A DNA stretch of 64,000 nucleotides, taken from assembly GCF_964204865.1 (NCBI RefSeq), contig NC_135260.1, positions 5,704,001 to 5,768,000 on the forward strand. Direction: 5' to 3'. The notes beneath the pieces are model-generated. The model was given only the letters and a program-made list of their open reading frames with translations, was not told the DNA's origin and did not search any database. Both the position numbers and the translations under genes were made by a program. Positions 53,350-64,000 of this stretch are shown here, in pieces. Origin of the DNA: Styela clava. Lineage: Eukaryota. Each line of letters starts with the position of its first letter. Within the stretch, counting starts at the first letter, position 1.

Positions 53350-55278
53350 ATGTGGAAACATTCAAAACTCTTCATTTGGAAATGGTTGTTTATCCTGATA
53401 ATTAGTGAGATTCTACTTACATAAAAAAGTACATTGTATGTATGTATAAAACTATAAATGTATAAATGTGTTTTAAAATTCATAGTATTTTCAATTAAAA
53501 AAAAAAAGTTATATTGCAAATGAATAACTCAATTCCTTTTTAGCATTTAGTATTGGTCTGAATGAAGCAGCACAATGCACTGATTGTAGAAACCCACAAC
53601 TTGGAACAGAGAGCAAGAATATCACATATGAACCGAGTAATGAAATCAACTGCAACTGTGATTGGACAATACCAACAAGTATAGACACAGATCATGAAAC
53701 TGCAGTTGTTCTATTGTTGCAAAATGTTTCATTGCCAAGGACAACAGATAGTCTAAGTACAGACTGCTCTGGAGAAATCAGATTTCCAAGTGAGCTATAT
53801 TATATTACCACTCAACTATTACTATACTATTGTAATACACAGCAACAATTATCAAAAACATTAGTGAATACAAAATTGTATCAATACATTTACAGGTACT
53901 GCTTCTCACAAATGTGAATTTGCAATCAAATACTGTCTTGTATTTGCAACTGCATCAACCATTTGCAACATCAACAAAATTAGAGAGAAAATTCCAGTAG
54001 CAAATCACACCTGTGATTCAATCATTCCATGGAATTATGCTGGAGGAAGCCCTTACAGGATACAATACATTGCAAAAAACTTTGCTGGTTACACAAAATA
54101 CTTCACAATACAATATCTTATAGTAGATTGCAGACAAACAACAACCACACCTGCACTATGTGAGTTATTAATATATTTCATATGACGCGTATCTGAGAGC
54201 CTTGTGCTCCAAACGAGGCCCTGTTGAAGCAGTCACTGATATGAAAATATGTGAAATTTGAATAGTATAGCCAGAATCGATGCAGTTTGACATTGACAAT
54301 TCTATTTAGAAGTGCATTAAGTCGAGATGTGTAATCTGCAATGTCAACACAGTCTGGTTAAACGGTTTAACAGCAATGCTAATGCGCCCATATTGCTATT
54401 TGAAGTCAATATAACCCAATTTTACAACCTAGGATTTGAACGTCTATTTCAAAATTTTAGCCACAGTTACTGGACAGGAAACAACAACAACAAAAAGTTC
54501 AACATCTGGGAAGCAATATTCTGATTCAACCTCAACATTTGAAAACATCCAATGTCCCAGTGAATGCAGCAGTACCCAAACATCGATGATCATTGCTATT
54601 CCAGTATCAGGAATTGTGGGTTTGATCATTGGATTTTTGTTGATGTTCATTATACTAAGGTAAGCATAGATGTCATATTCAAGATGAATATTATTGGAAA
54701 TATTGGAAGCTTCAAAGCAATTTAATAACACAGAGTTCTTATTAGGGTCAGAAATATTCTTTATCTTCCAAATGTGCTGCATCCGAACTTTTTGGGCTCC
54801 AGGTTCCAACTCTGAGTTTTACTTTACATGAAAAAAACCTATTATTGATAATAATTTAAAATAAAATCTGCGATAAGCTAGTTTCAGAAAAATTTGATGT
54901 TATCTACAGCTGGATAAAAATACTAATGTTACGTTAGGTTAGAAAGTCAATTCATCAGCCTCTAACTCTATCAAATCCATAATTTTATCTCCAATCTATT
55001 TTTCATCAAACACCAGGTATTGCAATAACAACAACAAGAAACCAAAAAACAAAGATTTAATGGAAATGAGAAGCATTCAACATCAGCAGCCAACTGTCCA
55101 TGAACGAACAACATATGAAAACTACACACCAACATCAGATGAAAGTGGATATGAAGTTCCGAATCAAGTTGATAATAAGAAACAAAGTGGATATGAAGTT
55201 CCGAATCAGGTTGATGACAAGAATGAACAACAATATGAGGTTGTGAGAAGCGGAACAGAATATCAATATGACAATTGA
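53350..55278 (+). CDS. Copy 9: intact CUB-like receptor, ~341 aa
   Basis: Exons 53350-53404, 53544-53789, 53896-54159, 54461-54659, 55017-55278 (1026 nt, open). TM MIIAIPVSGIVGLIIGFLLMFIIL; two SGYEVP units. Confidence 0.9.
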
Positions 55279-58228
55279 AAGCTCTTTTACACAGTCCCAA
55301 AGTTGCGTCACAGAAATTTTGTAACATAAATTTTGGAAAATATTTGAACTAAAATTTGATCATCTCTACTGAACAATTTAGAAGTTGTTTGCATCTGTAA
55401 TATATTCATCAACAACATTTTACATATATTATATCAATTTAATATTATCCACAATTATTACTTTCAATGAAGTTTTACTTGTGTCATATTTGGGCGAAAT
55501 TCTAGCCTAAGCAGACACTCAGCATATCCTACCAAAATAGATACCCACAGAGTAAGTGTGCATGAGTAGATAACCAATGCACCAATCATGATCTTTGCAT
55601 TTGTGTCTAGATCAGTGTTTTCAAACTTATATGTACAATGTACTGTCGCCCTCTTAAAGCACTCTGTATATCATTATCGCCCGCGGCAAATGAAGCAAAA
55701 GAAAAATTGAAAACACATGAATTACAAACCCAATTAAAAAAATAGAATATGGTATTTGTGAGACAGTCAATGTCCAGAGATAAATTGGTCAGGTACAATC
55801 TTAGATCACTCATTTGTCTATGTCAAAGCTAAAAACCCTCATGGTTCTACTTCTTCATACATGAGTAGGTACCGTAACTTGCTAGATGACTTGCACCAAA
55901 ATAAATTAAATTCCTTTTTGCAAAAATTATTTTGGTTTGCGATAATTTTGACTTTTTCGAGAAAGCATTCCCCCCCCCCCCCCCCCCCCCTACAATGTGA
56001 CTCATTCACTCCCAGAAGGACGCTACTGGCCTCCTATTATAACAAAGTTTAGTTTACACAACTGGTGACTGACAAATAACAGTATCATTACAGGCTTCTT
56101 AATTGCAATGAATTTGAAATGATTCTATAATAGGTATTCTTGCCTGTTTTCTGATTTCGTTTTTGTTTCTCTTTTAATTTTTCAACTTGCATTTCTGAGA
56201 ATTATGTTGTTTCAAAGATTCTGTGAAATGAATGAAATAAATTATACAAATGTCAAATAAATATTTACAGTTTCTATTCATAAAAGTCTTCTTCTGGTTT
56301 GTAAATTAGATTTATTCAATGTAAGAAGCAGGTCATATTATAAACACCTTGCACTCCAATCGAGGCTCCAGATAAACAGTCAATGGAAATTATGAAAACT
56401 ACAAATTGAATACACAACTTTATACACACAGTTAGCACCATTAATTTATTAAAACACTATGATAATTTGTTAACCCAACTTATGTTACAAACTAAATCTC
56501 TCTAGCCAAAACAGCCAGTGAGACAAAATGAGACTGCTGGAATCATAATCAGCATATTCATTGCAGTTCAGCAAACTCTAAGCAATACATAAACAGTTGG
56601 GATAAATTTAGAAATGAATGATAAGTAGATCGAAATGAGAGCAAAATGAAAACCGAAATCTATGAAGACAAAACTAATCTAACAGCTGTCCAACATATAT
56701 TGAATATTGTATTAAAAATTGTATTCTTCTATTCTTAAATAATCCAATATAGATTGTGGATTGTAATTTTAAATTAAAAATATTCAAAATATTTAAATAT
56801 TATCATAATGTAGACTCAAACTTTATGTAATACTGGGGCAAATATACACATTGTCGATAAGGTACATACCATATTAATTTTCTAAATTAAACTTCAAAAT
56901 ATCGCCCTTTCGTTTCTTTTGGCTGATCTAACAAACAGGTTTTGAAATAATGCTTAACAAAAAATATTTTTCTGTTCAAGCACTTTGGAATGTTCGATCC
57001 TTCTCGCCAACTATGTTTCCAAGGTATTGTGTTGCTTAATTTTAAAAAACCAAACTAAACTAAATTGATAATTACAATAAGCACTTGGCTCATTCAGCAA
57101 GTAAATGACATACAACTGATATTTGCTTTCACTTACCCCACTCACAACAAACTGAAAGTCAAACAACAGCAAATGGTACTCCAGAAAGTATGTGACCAAG
57201 ATGACGTATACCAGAATGTAGTATGTGTACCAGGTTAGGGTTAGGCCATAATTTTATTCTAATTTTCCTTATTTTAGTTCCATTGCGAGGTACACATACT
57301 AGGTTTCGGTGTCCACCATCTTTGCTCACATACTTCGGGAGTACCCAGCCATTAGAATGACAAAGAATGTGCTGATAATAATAAATTAATAAGCAATTTT
57401 GTTTTTATGCGATAAAAGTGAGGTCGTTCGATTGCTCATAGTTTCCCGATCACTGCAATACACCACTTGTAAGTTTTAGTGTATTCATATGACGTGATAT
57501 TCACAATTAAAACAAGTGGCAATGTTGCGGTTGTGTAAGACATGCTGGGCAAGATCCACATTTATTCAGAAATAGAAGGTCAATGATATCAAGTTAATCT
57601 CTCGTCAAATTGACCCCAGTAATGTGACTAATAAAGAAATTTCATTGAGATTTTTGTAGGTTTGGTATCTTATCTCGTAGCATAGCCTATGAAATAGTTT
57701 CCCCTTTTTTGAATAGTGATCTTGCTAACTCGTATGTCTCGTAGCATAGCCTATTACGGAATAACTTCCCCATTTCTGAATAGTGATCTTGCTTGCTAAC
57801 TCGTACTGATCAATCAAACCAGTTTCAAATCTAGCTGGTTGCCCCATGATTCAAATGTCAGACTTATCAGTTACAAGGAAATGATCACACACCTACAAGC
57901 TGCAAAGATTATACATGAAACAAGTAGATCCTCGCTATGTTGTAATGATATTTTGCCCACACATTCAAACCAAATAATAAATATAAGTTAGTAACCATTA
58001 CGTAGCAGCAACCAGATAGAGATGTTTCGCAGTCACTGATTCACATTAACAAGGAGAGATTCTGAATATAAATCAGAAGGTTGTTACATCAAGTGTTGAG
58101 GCAGGTCTCGTATTTTGTCAGTTAGATTTTGTCTTTATCTATGTTAGTACTGTTTAATGAATTAAGTGATTGAAAAAAAAAAAAAAAAAAAAGAGAAGTT
58201 TAAAGAAGCTTCTGAAGATAAATTCAAC

Positions 58229-60989
58229 ATGTGGAAACATTCAAAACTCTTCAGTTGCAAATGGTTGTTTGTGCAGATAATTGTTGAGATCTTACTTACA
58301 TTAAGTTTAGTTACACATTCTGCTGTTACACAACCAACTCTGATGGGTATTATTAGTTGGTATTCGAAAGTTTTAAATTATTTACAATTACAGTAATTTG
58401 AAATTGTCTCATCAAATCATAATAAGTAACTTCTTTAAAATCAAATCGCGGACAATAAATTGAGGTTATTTAACTTTTGTTTTCAAAACATATTTCACAT
58501 CCAGATTCAATATTAAAATATTATACAATTTTAACTACCTCGTCTTTCAAATACACGAATGTTTAAAAAAGGAATAACTAGGTTTTATACAATTATTCAT
58601 GGATTCAAGAATCTGTAATACAATTGAAAAAGGATTATAAAATATATTTGATTTATAAATGTGTTTTAAAATTCGTAGTACTTCCAATTAAAAAAAATAA
58701 GTTATATAGCAAATGAATAACTTGATCCCTTTTCAGCATTTAGTATTGATCTGAATGAAGCAGCACCCTGCACTGATTGCTCTAATATCATACTTGGAAC
58801 AGAGAGCAAGAATATCACATATGTCCCAAGTAATGAATACAACTGCAACTGTGATTAGACAACACCAACAAGTATGGAGACAGATCATGAAACTGCAGTT
58901 GTTCTGTTGTTACAAAATTATTCATTGCCAAAGACAACTGGTACTGGAATTACACGCTGCTCTGGAGAAATCAGATTTCCAAGTGAGCTATATTATCATA
59001 CCACTCAACTATTACTATACTATTGTAATACACAGCAACAATTGTTAAAAACATTAGTGAATACAAAATTGTATCAATACATTTACAGGTACTGATTCTC
59101 ATAAATGTGAATTTGCAATCAACTACTGTCTTGTATTTGCAACTGCAGTAACCATTTTCAATATCAACAAAATCAGAGAGAAAATTCCAGTTGCAAATCA
59201 CACCTGTGATTCAATTATTCCATGGAATAAAGCTGGAGGAAGTCCATATGAGATACAATACTATGCAGCAAACCGTGCTGATTACTCAAAATACTTCACA
59301 GTACAATATCTTGTAATAGATTGCACACCAACAACATCTGCACTGAGTGAGTAATTTTTTTTTTATGCAATGCCTAATCATGTCTTATGCTCAAGTAATC
59401 ACAGATATACCAATCTATAAAGAACCATATTTATCACACCCGGGTGAGGTGGTGGGATGGGGGGAACCTGAGATGTGTTACCTACAACAGGAGTGGGCAA
59501 GGTTTTTAGACTAGGGGCCAGAAAGTTTGCCCACCTAGAATGACGGACCATGTAATTATAACGTGAAAAGTTACATTTTATGAACGATACTTAGTGTTAC
59601 AAAAGCAAAAGTGGAAAACAATAAGTCTCGTGCTAAAACTAAATTAATCGCAATCTCAACAAATTCCTTGAACTATTTTTAGCTAAAATATAAAAATTTA
59701 GTTTTAGTTTAGTTTAGTTGGCAGCATCAGGTGGGCCAAATTGAACTACCAAACGATCCGGATTTGGCCCGCAGGCTGTAGTTTGCCCATGACAGTCCTA
59801 CAATGTCAACACAGTTTATGTGTAACACCTTAACCACTAAGGCCAGGCGACCATGCCCCTATTGCTCTTGTTAAAACCCTATAACTCAACTTTGGGATGT
59901 GAGAATCAAACTTTTATCACAAAATTTTAGCAACGGTAAGTGAGAAAGCAACAACTCATCAAAAAGATACATCATCTTATGAAACATTCCCAACCACTGA
60001 ATCAACCAGAACCACTGACAACATTCAATGTTCCATTGAAGACTGTGAATGCACCAGCACCCAAGTATCACAGAATACAGAAGAATCAGAGAATACAGTA
60101 CCAAACTATTCTCAAACATCACTGATTATTGCTATTCCAGTGTCAGGAATTATGGGTTTGATCATTGGAGCTTTGTTGATGTTTATAATACCAAGGTAAG
60201 CATAGATGTTATAAATTATATGAATACCATTTATGTTACTCAAGTATGTTTGAATACAAGATATCAACAAAGGATTCAACCCAGTACTGTTAAGTCAGTT
60301 ATATTTCTATCTTCTGATTGTAAGACAATCAAAATTCTAACCCAGTCCAGTCTCAAGCTGTTAACCATGAGTTGACAAGATTTTGACCTCAACTCTCAAC
60401 TCCACAAATATTAAAAATGACCACTGATTCTATCGCCTGATGTCCATTTTCTATTGAATCAAGTTTTACCAATCTAATTCAAAGTTTAAAAAAAAAAACT
60501 TGGTACTGTATCCAGATACTGTTCGATGACAATATTTTAACTATGAACACTGTGCTTTGCAAACTCATAATTTTAATAATAACTAAGTCCGACCATGTTT
60601 TCGATAGCAACCTCAAATACTAAATTCAAGTTTTTGTGTGGGGCGAAGTGATGTAATCAAGTGGATGTCAAAATTAGAAATGTTCAAAAATCTTTCATTA
60701 ACTTATATTTCTATCAAACACCAGATATTGCAAATACAACAAGAAGAAACCAAAGAACAAAGATTCAATGGAAATGGGAAGCATTCAACATCAGCAGCCA
60801 ACTGTCCATGAACGAACAACATATGAAAACTACACACCAACATCAGATGAAAGTGGATATGAATATTTCAATCAAGTCGATAAAAAGAATGAACAAATTG
60901 GATATGAAGTTCCGAATCCAGTTGATAACAAGAATGAACAACAATATGAGATTATAACAACTGGAAAGGAATATCAATATGACAATTGA
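58229..60989 (+). pseudogene. Copy 10: pseudogene of the CUB-like receptor family
   Basis: Exon remnants 58229-58283 (donor GTGAG changed to TTGAG), 58737-58982 (conserved Trp TGG changed to TAG at 58856-58858), 59089-59346 (conserved Cys changed to Phe), 59931-60195 (disrupted by indels), 60725-60989. Confidence 0.87.
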
Positions 60990-62631
60990 AAGCTTTGACA
61001 TATCTTTTTTAAAAGTCACAAACTATGCCACAGAAATTTTGTAACATAAATTTTGGCAAAAACATGAACTAAACTTTGATCAGCTCTCCAGAACAATTTA
61101 GAAATTGTTCGTATCTGTGATATATTCTTCAACAACGTTTTACATATTAAATTATATCAATTTACATTTGTCTATAATTAATACATTCAAAGAACTTTTC
61201 CATGCAGTGCCTTATCTGGGAAAAGTTCTAGCCCAAGCAGCCACTCAGCATATTCTACTAATATAGCAATCTGTGAGTGAGTGTGTGGACCAATCAAGAT
61301 CTTTGCATGATAGTGTCTAGATCAGTGGCTTTCAAACCTATATGTACTGTAGCCCCTTTACAGCACTCTATATATCACATCGGCAAATAAAGAAGAAGAC
61401 AAATTAATAACACATGGATTACAAACCCAATTACAAAAATTAGTACGAAAAGTTATCAATGTTGCAATCACAAATCATAATAAAACTCTGACTCCAATCA
61501 AAGCCTTATCTACTGAAATATGAATGAAATAAAATAACATAATTTTTTCAGTTTCCAACTGTACCAACTCCTTATTGTCAGTTGAAGGCAAATAAAAATG
61601 AATTTGATCTCAAAAGTTAAATAATCTACCAGTTATGGTGACTCAAGATATAGCTCCAACTCAAAATAAACACATGAATTCATTGCTTAATCAACCTACA
61701 TTACTATAATTTAATTTAAACTAATAAACTGATAAGCAAAAATAATTGTCAGTATTACTAAAAAAACACTTTATCTTGCAATGTAAGAATATCTGAAGAT
61801 GGCATACTTCATGATTGTCAGTCGACATTCTGACACTTTCTTCAACTATGAGTGATAAATCAACTACCTATATACCAGAATCAACGACGCTCATAGTATG
61901 TTATATAATGAATATCTATAATCAGCAGTATTTGATGAAACAATCATTCGTGAGCATTGCTAATAATTTTAGTTTCCATTATTAGTCATAGGGGGAAACT
62001 CGTTTGAATTAATTATCCAGAATTTATAAGTTTGGACATTATTAGCAGACTGAAATAAATAACAACAATTTACAAGATATGCAACTCAAGAGTACTGGTA
62101 CACACTAAAACAGATATAATTCTGTAACGTTTCATCTGACCAAAATCAGACTTCCTCAGACAAGCAGTTTACAACAATGACAAGAAAAGAACAATCATGC
62201 GGTTTAAATGTGACGATAAATAAATTTGTTTGAAAATAACTGTGACCTAAATAATGAGTTAATTATTTATATTTAGAAACAGATTGTGACGAAAAAATAC
62301 AAACGGACTCTTGAATTGCATAGTATGGTATTTTTATTCCTGCTACAGCATCCTTGCATTATCTGCATACGATTCCACTAGCGCAAAGGCATTGAGAAAG
62401 GGTTGGGAGTTAGTCTCACGCAACCTGTACTGATAATTTACAAGATATTCCAGTAATACGCAAATGACAATTTCAAGTTTCGTTTGGCTTCATTTTCCAG
62501 CAATGTGGTTGACAAGGGAATCTCACTTAAACTTTACAGTAGGTTTAACATCTCAAATGCTTTCTTTCAAAATGGCCTACAAGAGTATTTTCTCATTTCA
62601 GAACAGGACCCAGTCCTATAGTTGAGTAATC

Positions 62632-62843
62632 AGTACTCCCAAAGTATATGTACCAGGTTAGGGTTGGGCCATAATTTTATTCTGATTTTCTTATTTTAGT
62701 TTTATTACGAGTTTGGGACTGTCTGTGTTAGCCAAGTGAATATACCTCCTGCCCATACGATTCAGTCACTTTACACAACTTGATGTAAAGTTGGCGAACA
62801 AAATTAGTTACCTCCATATTGGTACATATACTACTGGAGCGCC
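62632..62843. mobile_element. Merlin-like MITE upstream of copy 11
   Basis: Perfect TSD GAGTAATC; full-length body. Confidence 0.72.
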
Positions 62844-63252
62844 GAGTAATCAATAGATATATCAATGAGTAAGTATATTAGCAATTCAAAATAATATCCA
62901 TCAACAAAGAAATTCTTACACTCCTACAGAAATGACGAACATTACAAAATGTCAAGATAATACATGCCACAAGCAGATTATCACAATGTTGTAATGACAT
63001 TTCGCCCACATTCTTAATCATAATATTAATATCAGTAATCATTACGTAGTAGCAACATAAAATGGTGTTTAACAGTCACTGATTCACATTAACAAGGAGA
63101 GATTCTGAAGCTTGTTACATTAAGTGTTGGGACAGGTCTTGTATTTTGTCAGTTAGATTTTGTCTATATCTATGTAAGTACTGAGTAATGGATTAAGGGA
63201 TTGGAGAGAAAACAAAGAGAAGTTTAAAGAAGTTGCTGAAGATAAACACAAC

Positions 63253-64000
63253 ATGTGGAAACATCCAGAACTCTTCAATTGCAAATGGTTGTTTATGCAG
63301 AAAATTGGTGAGATCATAATTTCATAAATAGTTACAAATCAAGAAATAAATGTACATTTGTTAACCAAAAACATAATAGCCCAATGAATTCTCATCCAAA
63401 GTCATTAATGAAATAATAATTTTAATCTAGATTTTCAATATAATAGGATTGCTCCATTGTTTAAAAACTAGAATAATAAAGTTTTACACATTATAACTTT
63501 CAAATCCTGTAACAAGATAGAGAAAATATCAAATATATATGTATAAAATGTTTTTGGCTTTGTGAGAATGCAAAAATATTTGATGGATTTTGGAATGTGA
63601 TTGAAAAACTTATTACTTCATAGCACTTAGCCTCAGTCTGAATAAAGCATTGTCATGTGCTGATTGTCCAACTACAAAACTTGGAACAGAGAGCAAGAAT
63701 ATCACATACGGACCAAGTAATAAATACAACTGCAACTGTGATTGGACAATACCAACTAGTATGGACACAGATCATGAAACTGCAGTTGTTCTGTTGGTAC
63801 AAAATGTTTCATTACCAAAGTCAACTGGTTCTGGAAGTATAGATTGCTCTGGAAGAATCAGATTCCCAAGTTAGCTATATTAATATGTTTCATTATTACT
63901 ATACTACCATACGCTATTCTAATATACGACAACAATTTAAAAAATACTTTTGCAGGCACTGGTTCTAATAAATGTGAATTTCCAACCAACTACTGTCTTG
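63253..64000 (+). CDS. Copy 11 (3'-partial): CUB-like receptor
   Basis: Exons 63253-63307, 63624-63869, 63956 to window end; open so far (MWKHPELFNCKWLFMQKI...CADCPTTKLGTESKNITYGPSNKYNCNCDWTIP...). Confidence 0.85.

Noticed and set aside
55970-55990. 21-nt poly-C tract as a functional G-quadruplex element
   Set aside because: Private expansion of a short C-run present in paralogous flanks; homopolymer length is also error-prone.

Overview
This is AT-rich animal genomic DNA with short GT-AG introns. It is probably an invertebrate deuterostome such as an ascidian, but that is only an inference. The window is a head-to-tail tandem array of 11 paralogous, intron-containing genes on the + strand, about one per 5-7 kb, which the ORF track captures only as fragments. 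Manual splicing gives a type I membrane receptor of about 335-350 aa: signal peptide, a divergent 10-cysteine CUB-like ectodomain with invariant framework and hypervariable loops, a Ser/Thr-rich stalk, a GxxGxxxG transmembrane helix, and a tyrosine-motif tail. The tail is built from a 45-bp (15-aa) repeat present in 1-3 copies. Members differ like a paired immune or allorecognition receptor family: YxxP/YxN tails (copies 1, 2, 5, 9), an ITAM-like tail (copy 4), ITIM-consensus tails (copies 6, 7), a tailless form (copy 3), an in-frame ectodomain-deleted adaptor-like form (copy 8), and two pseudogenes (copies 6, 10). Copies 1 and 11 are cut by the window edges. Introns and spacers are mosaics of shared blocks carrying non-autonomous hAT, piggyBac and Merlin-like MITEs, a tRNA-derived SINE, and one ~185-bp degenerate tandem repeat. 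All exon coordinates were read by eye; function is inferred.
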